Source of the DNA: Candidatus Eiseniibacteriota bacterium
GTDB taxonomy: Bacteria > Eisenbacteria > RBG-16-71-46
Assembly: GCA_041483195.1 (NCBI GenBank)
Contig: JBGPFC010000032.1
Coordinates: forward strand, 1-48,570
Direction of reading: 5' to 3'
Length of the DNA: 48,570 nucleotides
Shown piece after piece: positions 31,637 through 40,539 of this stretch (its first letter is position 1; each line of letters opens with the position of its first letter). The notes under the pieces were generated by a model. It was given only the letters and a program-made list of their open reading frames with translations. It ran no database searches and was not told where the DNA came from. A program made the position numbers and the translations under genes.

Positions 31637-32998
31637 TTACCGCTTGCGCGCCTTCGGGCCGCGCGGACGGTGGTCGTACTTGTCGAACAATCGGCTCTGG
31701 CGATTCTCCATCGAGATCAGCTTGCCGTTGATGTAGACCTGTTCCACGGAGGTCGTGATCTCGAGCAGGTCGCCGTTCGTCACCACCAGGTCCGCGACCT
31801 TGCCGGCCTCGATCGAGCCCAGCCGGTCGGCGACGCCGAAGATCTGCGCGGGGTAGAGCGTCACGGCCTTCAGCGCCTCGTCGGCCGGCAGCCCGAACGC
31901 CGCGGCCATCGAGGCCTGGTAGGGCAGGTTGCGCGCGTTGGGCGCCGTGAACGCGCCGCCGCCGTCCGAGATGCAGAAGCGCACGCCGGCGGCCTTGAGC
32001 TTCGCGGGTAGCGCGGACTCCCGGTCGTACGGCTCGTAGCGGCGCGAGGGCAGCGCGAGCGTCGGGCCGCAGATCACGGCGATGTCGCGCGCCTTGAGCT
32101 CGTCGGCGATCCGCCAGGCGTCGCCGCCGCCGACCAGGATCAGCTTCGACAGCTTCTGCTCGTCGGCGAAGCGCAGCGCTGCGCGGATCTGCGCGAGCGA
32201 CGAGGCATGGAACATCACCGGGATCTCGCCCCGCAGCGCCTTGCCCATCGCGTCCCACTTCACGTCGCGGTCGTGGCGCGGGATGCCCCTGGTGGCCTCT
32301 GCGTCGCGCGCCGTCCAGTAGGCGCGAGCGTCGTCGAACGCGCGACGGATGCCGTCGATCGCCGCGTCGCGCGCCTTGTTCTGATCCTCGTCGCTGCGGG
32401 TCTCGAAGAACGCGCGCACCGGCGTCATGTTGGGCCAGATCACGTGCAGCCCGACCGGCGCCCGCACCGTCATGTCTTCCTGCGTCCACCCGTCGAGGTG
32501 GACGAGCGCAGAGGTCCCGGCGATCGCACCGCCGCGCGGGATGACGAGCGCGCTGGTCACGCCGTTCACGCGCGTGACCTGGATGAGCTCGCTCTCGGGA
32601 TTGATCTCGACCTCGGCCCGGATGTTGGGGTTGACGGTGCCGGTCTCCTGCCAGTCGTTGGTGCCGGGGACGCTCTCGACCTCGGTGAGGCCGAGCACGG
32701 TGTTGGGCGAGATCATGCCGGGATACACGTGCTTGCCCTCGCAGAACACGACGTGCGCGCCACGCGGCGCCTCCACGCGCGGCCCGACCGCCGCGATCTT
32801 CCCGTCCACGATCACCAGGTTGCACTTGGGGATGTTCTCGCCGCTCACGGTGTGCACCGTGGCGCCCATCAGCGCGATCACGTCGCCCGCCGCGTCGTGG
32901 GCGGGCGCGGCCGCCGCGCCAGCGGAGGCGGCGAACGCCATCACCGCGGCCGCCGACAGCGCGGCCATCGTGCGCAGCTCCAGCCTCGCGCGGCTCAT
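31637..32998 (-). CDS. Exported amidohydrolase family protein (HxH motif absent)
   Basis: GKHVYPGMI, AVTLYPAQIFG, GSIEAGKVADLVV; ATGA overlap with the upstream gene. Confidence 0.85.
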   Translation of the reverse strand: MSRARLELRTMAALSAAAVMAFAASAGAAAAPAHDAAGDVIALMGATVHTVSGENIPKCNLVIVDGKIAAVGPRVEAPRGAHVVFCEGKHVYPGMISPNTVLGLTEVESVPGTNDWQETGTVNPNIRAEVEINPESELIQVTRVNGVTSALVIPRGGAIAGTSALVHLDGWTQEDMTVRAPVGLHVIWPNMTPVRAFFETRSDEDQNKARDAAIDGIRRAFDDARAYWTARDAEATRGIPRHDRDVKWDAMGKALRGEIPVMFHASSLAQIRAALRFADEQKLSKLILVGGGDAWRIADELKARDIAVICGPTLALPSRRYEPYDRESALPAKLKAAGVRFCISDGGGAFTAPNARNLPYQASMAAAFGLPADEALKAVTLYPAQIFGVADRLGSIEAGKVADLVVTNGDLLEITTSVEQVYINGKLISMENRQSRLFDKYDHRPRGPKARKR

Positions 32999-35900
32999 CG
33001 CTGCACCTCCCCGCTCCGCTGCGCCCTGCGCTCGGACTCCGAGATGAAGCGCACCTCGTGGCCGCCGTTGCCGCAGTCGTTCCCGCTCATGTCGGTGTCC
33101 TCGAGGTAGCGGGGCGGCCAGTTGCCGCGCCCGCCGCCGCCACCCGGCGCGGGCTTCTTCGCGGCCTTCGCGTTCTGGATCAGCGCGGCGCGCTCCGCTT
33201 CGAGCGCCGCGCGCCCGGCGAGGTCGGCTGCGCGATCGAAGTACTTGCGGCCCTCGATCCAGGTCTGCTCGCAACGCGAGTAGGGGGAGAGCGGCGAGCC
33301 GCTCCAGATCGAGAAGTCAGCGTCCTTGCCGGCCTCGAGCGAGCCGACGCGGTCTTCGATCTTGAGCGACTTCGCGGGGTTGATGGTCACGAACTTGATG
33401 GCCTCCTCCGCCGGCACGCCTCCGTACTTGATGGCCTTCGCGGCCTCGGTGTTGAGCCGCCGCGCCAGCTCGTCGTTGTCGGAGTTGAACCCGGTGTTCA
33501 CGCCGCGGTCCCACATCAGGTAGCCGCTGTATGGAATCGCGTCGATGACCTCGTACTTGTACGCCCACCAGTCGCTGAAGCCGATCGCCGACGCCCCGTG
33601 CGTGGCCATCTCGTCCGCGACCTTGTAGCCCTCGAGGATGTGCGTGAAGGTGTTCACGCGGATGCCGAACGACTCGGTGAGCCGCATCAGCATGAGAATC
33701 TCGTCCTGCCGGTACGAGTGGACGTGGATCATGCGCTTGCCGTCGAGGATCTCCTGCAGCGCTTCGAGCTGGAGATCGCGCCGCGGCGGCAACGGGCGCT
33801 TGTGCTGCCGGTACTCCTCCCACGCCGCGCGGTAGTCGACCGCTCGCGCGAAAGCGTCGCGGATGGTCTGCTCGACCCCGGCCCGCGACTGCGGGTAGCG
33901 GTTGGTCCGCTCGACGCCCCAGTTCGACTGTTTGGGGTTCTCGCCCAGCGCGAATTTCACGGTGGGCGCCGCCGCGGCGAACAACAGCCGATCGGGCGGC
34001 TCGCCCCACTTGTTCTTGATCACAGCGCACTGGCCGCCGATCGAGTTACACGAGCCGTGCAGCAGGTGCATCATCGTGGTGCCGCCCGCGAGCTGGCGGT
34101 AGATGTTGACGCTCTCCGAGTTGATGACGTCCTGGATGCGCACCTCGCACGTCACGCTGTTGGTGCACTCGTTCACGTTGCCGAGGATCGCGGAGTGGCT
34201 GTGCTCGTCGATCACGCCCGGGGCGACCTGCTTGCCGGTGCCGTCGACGACCACCGCGCCGGCGGGGGCCGCGAGGTTCTTGCCGACCGCCGCGATCTTG
34301 CCGGCCTTCACCAGTAGATCCGCGTTCTGGAGCGTGCCCTGCGGGCCGGCGGTCCAGATCGTGGCGTTCTTCACGAGCACCACGGATGGCTGCGCGGGCG
34401 GGGACATGCGCCACGCCTCGCTGTTGCCCATCACCACCGGACTCGCGACCTCGGCGTCCGCGCCCTTCGGCGCGTCCTTGCCCTTCTCGTCGGCGCCCGG
34501 CTGGCGCCAGCCCGAGACGCCGTGCTGGCCGGTGCCTCGCACCACGAGCGTGCCGCTCGTCCAGTCGCCCTTCGCCACGAGGTCGAAGACCTCGACCGGA
34601 TCGTCACGGAGCTGGAACGTGCAGTGCAGCCGGTCGCCGGTCAGCTCCACGTCGCGCGCCCGCACGGTGTCGGCGCCCGCCGTGATCCTGACCGACGTGT
34701 CCTTGTCTGCGCTCACGATCAGGGTGCGCGAGCCGTGGCCCCAGCCGACGCTCCACGTGCCCTTCATGCCGCGCTCGTCGCGCTCGAACGCCTCGTAGCG
34801 ATTGCCGTCCACCCACACCTCGCGCAGCTTGCCCTTCTCCGAGAACAACGCGCCGTGGGTCACGGTGAGGTTCGCGATCTTGCCGGGCGCGAGCGTGCCG
34901 AGCCGGCTCTCGAGGCCGAGCAGCGCCGCGGGCACGGTGGTCACCGCCGCGAGCGCGTCGGCGTCGCGCAGTCCCCGGCCGATCGCCTTCGCGACGTTCG
35001 CGCGGAACTGCTTCGCGTCCTTCAGGCCGTTGGCGGTGAGCGCGAACGTGACGCCCGCCTTCGCGAGCGCTGCCGCGTTGCCGGGCGCGTCCTGCCACTG
35101 GCGCAGCTCCTCGGTGGTCACCTCCGGAACGAGGTCGGGATCGCTCAGGTTGGGCGGCTCCGGGAAATTCACGGGCACCACCAGCGGCATCCGGTCCGCC
35201 GCGACCTCGCTCGCGCGCTTGTATTCGTCGCCGGCCGTGAGGATCGCGCCGCGCACAGCTGCCTCGTGCGCGATGCGCGCGGCGCGCAGCACCTCGAGCA
35301 TCTCGTCGGCCACGAACAGCACCGGCTGCGAGCCCGCGATCGCGGGCTGCATCGCCTCCCACGCCGCGTTGGTCTGCGGGCGCTCCTTGCCTGCCGGCGC
35401 GTCCGCGTATGCGGCCTGCACGTCGCGGTACCACCTCGCATCCATGAACGCCTGGCGGATCACGGCGATCGCGCCCATCAGCGATCCGGGGTAGTACCCC
35501 TGCGGCGCGGTCTCGAGCGCCACCACCTGCGATGCGTCTTCCTTCACGACGTTCGCGTTCGGCGCGCCGTCGCCGAGTCCGATCACGGCGGTGGCCCCGC
35601 GCACGATGCCGCGACGCGGCGCGACCTGCGCGACGGCGAAGCCCGCGGCGCGCAGCGCTTCGAGCTGATCGCCCGGGAGCGGCAGCGACTCGATCATGCG
35701 CGTCTCGGGATGAACGGCCGCGAGCTCGTGCGTCGCCCCGCGCGAGGGCTGAGTCTGAAGCGGCAGGCGCGCGGGCGGTGCGCCGGGCGTCGCGCCGGGG
35801 CGCGGCGCGGGCGGAGGCTCGGCGGGCATCACGAACGCGTCGATCATGCCGGGGTACACCGTGAGGCTGTCGCCCGGCCAGATTCGCGCGTCGGCCGGGA

Positions 35901-36135
35901 CCGGAACGTCAGCGCCCACCGCGACGATCAACCCATCGCGCATGACGATGGTGCCGCGCTCGATCACCTGCCCGGGCGCTGTGACGATGCGGGCGCCGAC
36001 GATCGCGTGGACGCGCGGCGTCGCGGCGCTCGCGAGTGGCGGCGGCGCGAGCGCGAGCAGCGCGAAGAGCGCGAGCGCGATGCGGCCGGGAGCGGGGCAC
36101 GGCGTGGGTTTCGGGGACGGCCTGGGTCTCGACAT
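32995..36135 (-). CDS. Exported tandem two-domain amidohydrolase family protein
   Basis: Two copies of PGxID...G(T/S)LxxGKxAx; second copy has IDEHSH, HSY and NSD; AGGAG before ATG 36135. Confidence 0.88.
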   Translation of the reverse strand: MSRPRPSPKPTPCPAPGRIALALFALLALAPPPLASAATPRVHAIVGARIVTAPGQVIERGTIVMRDGLIVAVGADVPVPADARIWPGDSLTVYPGMIDAFVMPAEPPPAPRPGATPGAPPARLPLQTQPSRGATHELAAVHPETRMIESLPLPGDQLEALRAAGFAVAQVAPRRGIVRGATAVIGLGDGAPNANVVKEDASQVVALETAPQGYYPGSLMGAIAVIRQAFMDARWYRDVQAAYADAPAGKERPQTNAAWEAMQPAIAGSQPVLFVADEMLEVLRAARIAHEAAVRGAILTAGDEYKRASEVAADRMPLVVPVNFPEPPNLSDPDLVPEVTTEELRQWQDAPGNAAALAKAGVTFALTANGLKDAKQFRANVAKAIGRGLRDADALAAVTTVPAALLGLESRLGTLAPGKIANLTVTHGALFSEKGKLREVWVDGNRYEAFERDERGMKGTWSVGWGHGSRTLIVSADKDTSVRITAGADTVRARDVELTGDRLHCTFQLRDDPVEVFDLVAKGDWTSGTLVVRGTGQHGVSGWRQPGADEKGKDAPKGADAEVASPVVMGNSEAWRMSPPAQPSVVLVKNATIWTAGPQGTLQNADLLVKAGKIAAVGKNLAAPAGAVVVDGTGKQVAPGVIDEHSHSAILGNVNECTNSVTCEVRIQDVINSESVNIYRQLAGGTTMMHLLHGSCNSIGGQCAVIKNKWGEPPDRLLFAAAAPTVKFALGENPKQSNWGVERTNRYPQSRAGVEQTIRDAFARAVDYRAAWEEYRQHKRPLPPRRDLQLEALQEILDGKRMIHVHSYRQDEILMLMRLTESFGIRVNTFTHILEGYKVADEMATHGASAIGFSDWWAYKYEVIDAIPYSGYLMWDRGVNTGFNSDNDELARRLNTEAAKAIKYGGVPAEEAIKFVTINPAKSLKIEDRVGSLEAGKDADFSIWSGSPLSPYSRCEQTWIEGRKYFDRAADLAGRAALEAERAALIQNAKAAKKPAPGGGGGRGNWPPRYLEDTDMSGNDCGNGGHEVRFISESERRAQRSGEVQR

Positions 36136-36435
36136 CGCGACACTCCTGGCAAGTGAAGTGCGGAGCCAACCGGACGGAGTCGCGGAGTCTCGCGCCGCGA
36201 AGCGGCGCGCGCAAGCACGCGCCCCGGCGCCCGCGACCCGCGGTGACGAGCGCGTCATATTCGCCCCACCAGCGCGGAGCGACCGCTTCGCGCCGGGCCA
36301 TCACGCGGGAGGGCACGGCCGAAGTGCGAGGCGAACGGGCATTTCGCCACGTTTCAGGGGGCACCCGCGGCGCCCCCTCGGGTCCAACCGCTGAATTGGC
36401 CGCGCCTTGAGGTTGGGGCCGCGCCCCCACCCGCG

Positions 36436-36451
36436 TGGCACAGAGGGTGCA
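36436..36451 (+). promoter_or_regulatory. Probable sigma54 (-24/-12) promoter
   Basis: TGGCACAGAGGGTGCA matches TGGCAC-N5-(T/G)TGCW with exact GG-N10-GC spacing. Confidence 0.55.
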
Positions 36452-36553
36452 GCATCCGACGCCCGGCAGCACCGGTCCCGGACGGATACCGGCCCGATGG
36501 CCCCCCGGCGCGTGACCGCGCGCGGGTCGGACCCGACCCCAAAAGGAGAGCAG

Positions 36554-37012
36554 ATGAGACGGAGCGCAGGATGGTGGACGGTGCTCGCGATCGTGATCGC
36601 GGCGCCGGCGTTCGCGGAGACGCGCACGTCCGTCAACATACAGATCGGAATCGGGAGCGCACCCCCGCCGCCGGTCGTCGTGTATCGCGCGGAACCGCCC
36701 GTGGTCGTGGTGCCGGGCAGCGCGGTGTACGTGGTGAACGACAGCCGTTGCGGCTACGACTTCTTCCGCTGCGGCGTCTACTGGTACATCTGGAACGAAG
36801 GCTACTGGTATCGGGCGAACAATTATCGCGGACCGTTCGCCGCCGTGGACGCGAAGTACGTGCCCTCGGTGATCATGACCGTCCCGGCGAGGCACTGGAA
36901 GCACCACCCGCACGGCGGCCCTCCGGGGCAGATGCGAAGGCGCGAAGCGATGGTCGCGGAGCGCGAGCGCGAGCACGAGTCGCGGCACGGGAGGCATCGC
37001 GGCGACGACTAG
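36554..37012 (+). CDS. Small exported Pro/Tyr/Trp-rich protein with charged His-rich tail
   Basis: AAGGAG RBS; signal peptide ending PAFA; PPPPVV, YWYIW, HHPHGGPPGQ. Confidence 0.75.
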   Translation: MRRSAGWWTVLAIVIAAPAFAETRTSVNIQIGIGSAPPPPVVVYRAEPPVVVVPGSAVYVVNDSRCGYDFFRCGVYWYIWNEGYWYRANNYRGPFAAVDAKYVPSVIMTVPARHWKHHPHGGPPGQMRRREAMVAEREREHESRHGRHRGDD

Positions 37013-37044
37013 CGACCACGGTTCATCGATCGGCAAGACTTGCG

Positions 37045-37071
37045 CGGGCGCCCCGGATCACGGGGCGCCCG
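37045..37071. terminator. Hairpin between convergent genes, possible bidirectional terminator
   Basis: CGGGCGCCCCG-GATCA-CGGGGCGCCCG, perfect 11-bp stem; no clear U tract. Confidence 0.45.
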
Positions 37072-38305
37072 TCGCGCGCTTCAGCCTCCAGGTGAGGAGC
37101 GGCGGCGTCACCAGCGTCGTCACCGCCACCATGACCACGACCGCCGAAAACACGCCGTCCCCGATCACGCGCCGGCCGCCGATCGTGAGCGTCGCGCCGA
37201 TGCTCGCGAAGATCAGGCCCACCTCGCCGCGTGGGATCATGCCGAGCCCGACCGCCAGCCGGTCGGCGCCCCGCTCGAGGACGCCGAACGAGCAGGCCTG
37301 CTTGCCGATCACGGCCGCGAGCGTGAGCAGCGTGGCGAAGCCCATCACGTTTCCGGCGCCGAACACCGCGAGGTCGACGCGCATCCCCATCAGCACGAAG
37401 AACACCGGCACCAGGAAGGTCGCGATCGGCTCCAGCAGCTCGGGGATGCCGCGCCGCTTCCGGTCGCGCGCGCGAAGGTCCTCGTAATGGACCTCGTCGA
37501 GGATGAGCCCGGCCGCGAACGCGCCGACGATCGGCGCGAGGCCCGCCTTGCCGGCCAGCAGGGCGAAGCCGAAGCAGAATGCCAGCGCGAACGAGAGCAG
37601 CAGGCCCTCGCCGCGCAGCCTCGAGGCCATGCGGAACGCGCGCGGCGCGAGCCAGCGGCCCACCACGATCGCGCCCGTCAGGAACAGCACCGACTTGCCG
37701 ACGATCCAGAGCGCCGCCCGCGCGTCGAACGCGCCGCCGCGATCGGCCGCGCCGATCAGCCCCGCGATCACCGCCAGCACGATGAGCCCGAGCACGTCGT
37801 CGATCACGGCCGCGCCCAGGATGATGCGTCCCTCGAGGCTCGTGGCGCGCTTGAGTTCGGAGAGCACGCGCGCGGTGATGCCGACGCTGGTCGCGCACAG
37901 CGTCGCGCCAACGAACCAGTGCGCGAGCGTGCTCTCGTCCGGGTAGAACGCGCGCGAGCACAGGAAGCCGAGCCCCATCGGGGCGATGACGCCCAGCACC
38001 GCGACCAGGAACGCCGAGGCTCCGACCGCCATCATCTTCGCGAGGTCCGACTGGAGGCCGACCTCGAAGAGCAGGAACAGCACGCCGATCTGGGCCAGCA
38101 GGTCGAGGCCCGGCTCGTGGCGCAGCGGGTCGAGCCCGTGAAAGCCGAAGAGCCCGAGATTCCCGATCAGGATGCCGGCCAGCAGCTCGCCCAGCACCGG
38201 CGACTGGCCGAAGCGCTCGAACAGCGCGCCGCCGAGCTTCGCCCCGACCAGGATGAGAACCAGCGCCCCGAGAATCGTGAGCATGATCCGCGGTTCATAT
38301 CGCAT
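37058..38305 (-). CDS. Cation:proton antiporter (CPA2, NapA-like)
   Basis: VLGELLAG, LFEVGL, ATSVGITARVL, AAVIDD, GAFAAG, GMIPRGEV; start could be 38284. Confidence 0.92.
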   Translation of the reverse strand: MRYEPRIMLTILGALVLILVGAKLGGALFERFGQSPVLGELLAGILIGNLGLFGFHGLDPLRHEPGLDLLAQIGVLFLLFEVGLQSDLAKMMAVGASAFLVAVLGVIAPMGLGFLCSRAFYPDESTLAHWFVGATLCATSVGITARVLSELKRATSLEGRIILGAAVIDDVLGLIVLAVIAGLIGAADRGGAFDARAALWIVGKSVLFLTGAIVVGRWLAPRAFRMASRLRGEGLLLSFALAFCFGFALLAGKAGLAPIVGAFAAGLILDEVHYEDLRARDRKRRGIPELLEPIATFLVPVFFVLMGMRVDLAVFGAGNVMGFATLLTLAAVIGKQACSFGVLERGADRLAVGLGMIPRGEVGLIFASIGATLTIGGRRVIGDGVFSAVVVMVAVTTLVTPPLLTWRLKRATGAP

Positions 38306-38405
38306 CGCGCCCCCGCGGTCGAGGAAAACTGGAGGGCGCGGCGCCGGGGCGCGGGGACGCGCGGGCGCACGGGCGCGTGGGCTCGGGGCGAGCCGCCGCG
38401 CGGAG

Positions 38406-38462
38406 CTACTCGACGATCAGCTTGCCTTGGGCCATGTCCATGCCGCAGGCGTAACGCACCTC
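38406..38462 (-). pseudogene. 3' remnant of a cupredoxin-domain gene
   Basis: Reads EVRYACGMDMAQGKLIVE-stop, the CGMxM C-terminal motif of Cupredoxin_1/CupA-type domains; in-frame sequence upstream is unrelated. Confidence 0.65.
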
Positions 38463-38613
38463 CCGCAATATGCACTGGCAGCCCGCGTCAAGCCCTTGTG
38501 AGTTTGCGCTTCGGCCCTGTGGATTGAGCATCAGCAGTCGATAACTTGCTTGACCGGCGGTCGCGCTGGAAGCGATGCTGTCCGCGGTCGAGTGACTTGG
38601 AGGTGTCGGTCGG

Positions 38614-39036
38614 ATGAAGGTCTTGCTCGGGCTGCGCGTGATTCTGAGCCTGTTCGTGGCGGTGCTGCTGCCGCTCGAACTCGGTCACTGCGCCCTGATG
38701 CCACTGCAGGCATCGGCCGTCGTGATCGAACCCGAGCATCACGGCGACGGCGATCACGACTGCTGCCCCGAGTCCGGGCCGTCGCAAGCGCCGCGATCCC
38801 CCGCGGATCCCTGCTGCTGCGACCACATCCAGCTTCCGGTCGCGACCGCACCTGCTTCGCTTTCGATCGATGCCCCGGCATCGGTCCCCATGCCCCTCGC
38901 CGTGGTGCCGATGGTCGCGGCGGCGGTCCATGCGCAGAGCGCCTTCGCCGCGCTCGAACCGGATGCGCAATCGGGTTCTCCGCCCGATCCTTCGACTGCT
39001 CAGCAGTCGCCTCGCAGTCCCCCGTACTCCGCCTAG
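38614..39036 (+). CDS. Exported Cys/His-rich leader protein with C-terminal RSPP (DUF2946/CutF/CruR-like), copy 1
   Basis: GGAGGT RBS; hydrophobic N-terminus, HC, HHGDGDHDCC, CCC, ends PRSPPYSA; paralog at 46325. Confidence 0.75.
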   Translation: MKVLLGLRVILSLFVAVLLPLELGHCALMPLQASAVVIEPEHHGDGDHDCCPESGPSQAPRSPADPCCCDHIQLPVATAPASLSIDAPASVPMPLAVVPMVAAAVHAQSAFAALEPDAQSGSPPDPSTAQQSPRSPPYSA

Positions 39037-39133
39037 CTTCCCGTTCTGGTCCTGACGTAGGACAGAGCGCGCCATTTCGTTGGCGCGCGGGAACGCATGT
39101 CAGGCGATTCATCGTCCTGACGGAAAGGCGGAG
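39027..39133 (+). promoter_or_regulatory. Structured intercistronic RNA sequestering the tolC ribosome-binding site
   Basis: CTCCGCCT (39027-39034) is the reverse complement of AGGCGGAG (39126-39133); internal hairpins at 39049-39063, 39067-39088 and 39099-39121. Confidence 0.65.
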
Positions 39134-39138
39134 ATGGA

Positions 39139-40539
39139 ATGGCTTCACGGCTGACGCATCGTCTCGCGGCGATCGCGTGCATTGCTCTACTTGTGACAAC
39201 CCTCCCCGGGCGATCGACGGCTCAGTCACGACCCGCTGACTTGGACGGGGCGCCGGCGGCAAGCGTCGCCCGGGCTTCGACCCCAGTCCCACTTACGCTC
39301 CAGGCGGCGCTCGACTTCGCGCTCAGGACCCACCCTGATCTTCGCGTGGCCGGGGCGGACATTGCCGTGGCCCGTGCCGACTCGGTTTTTGCAAAGGTCC
39401 CCGCGTTCAGTCCGGAGCTGGAGTTCCAGGGCGCACGTGGTGGACAGACGTTCGGATCCGGCACCGAAGGGACGCTGGACATCGGCGTCAGCCAGGAGCT
39501 CGAACTCTGGGGCAAGCGCGCAGCACGCCAGTCCGTGGCAACGTCACATTCCCTGACCAGCGCGGCCGAGTGGCTGGCGAGACGGCAGGAGCTGGAGTCC
39601 GAGGTTCGTGCGCGGTTCGAGCGGGCGCTCTTCCTGCAGGACCGGCTGGCGACGGCGAACGAGTTGGCCGAACTCGATCGTCGCGTCGTGCTCGCCACGC
39701 AGGCGCGCGTGCGCGATGGGTCGGTCACGCCGATCACCGGCCGGCTGACGGAACTCGACTTGTTGAGGCTGGAGGCCCAGGGCCGTCGCGTGCGCAGTGA
39801 CCTCCGGCAGTCGCTCATCGCCCTCGGTCTTGCGATCGGCAGCGGGCTGCCTGACTCGACCCGGTTGAGCGGGGATGTCCAGGCCGACTCCCTCCAGGCG
39901 CCCGAGGATTCCGTCGTCGCGCTCGCCCTTCGCTTCAGAAGGAACGGAGAAGTGTATCTCCGGCAGATCGCCGAGCGGCGAGCGGAGCTTCGTCTCGCCG
40001 AACGCGATGCTCGCCCTGACCTCACATTCGGCCTCGGGCTGACGAGGGAACGCCGAACTTTCTCGAGCGACGACTTCAGGGGTGATCCGGCGATCGTGGG
40101 TGGCATCACGGGTGCAAGATCCACGGACAACCTGTGGACGGCGCGAATCAGCGCCCCGCTCCCCCTGTGGCAGAAGAACCAGGCCGCGCGGGCGCGGGCC
40201 TCCGCGGAAATCGTCCGCAGCCAGGCGGAATACGACCGCTATCGCCTGCGGACGGAGCTGGAAGTGCTCGGCGCGGCGCGGCGGTTTCAGGACGCGGCCG
40301 CGCTCTACCGTCTCTACCTCCAGCGATCGACGCGCGTACGGCAGGACCTCGTGCTGATTCGCGAGGCTTATGCCGACGGCCGCATCTCGCTCGATTCCTA
40401 CCTCACCCAGAAAGGGCGCCTCGTGGATACGCTCCTCGGGCAACTCGAAGCGGGCGATGCGTACTGGGACGCCCGTGGACAACTGGAAGCGGCGGTGGGC
40501 CTCGACCTCGCGCGCGTCAATGCGGAGGGTGCCCGATGA
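39139..40539 (+). CDS. TolC family outer-membrane efflux protein (CzcC-like)
   Basis: Signal peptide, LTLQAAL...HPDL, SQELELWGKR, PLPLWQKNQ, YADGRI; precedes MFP and RND. Confidence 0.9.
   Translation: MASRLTHRLAAIACIALLVTTLPGRSTAQSRPADLDGAPAASVARASTPVPLTLQAALDFALRTHPDLRVAGADIAVARADSVFAKVPAFSPELEFQGARGGQTFGSGTEGTLDIGVSQELELWGKRAARQSVATSHSLTSAAEWLARRQELESEVRARFERALFLQDRLATANELAELDRRVVLATQARVRDGSVTPITGRLTELDLLRLEAQGRRVRSDLRQSLIALGLAIGSGLPDSTRLSGDVQADSLQAPEDSVVALALRFRRNGEVYLRQIAERRAELRLAERDARPDLTFGLGLTRERRTFSSDDFRGDPAIVGGITGARSTDNLWTARISAPLPLWQKNQAARARASAEIVRSQAEYDRYRLRTELEVLGAARRFQDAAALYRLYLQRSTRVRQDLVLIREAYADGRISLDSYLTQKGRLVDTLLGQLEAGDAYWDARGQLEAAVGLDLARVNAEGAR

Noticed and set aside
28383..31736. 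Long antisense ORFs, also 16123-18969, 21437-23311 and 42614-45139
   Set aside because: Shadow ORFs expected from high GC3 opposite well-supported genes; no motifs
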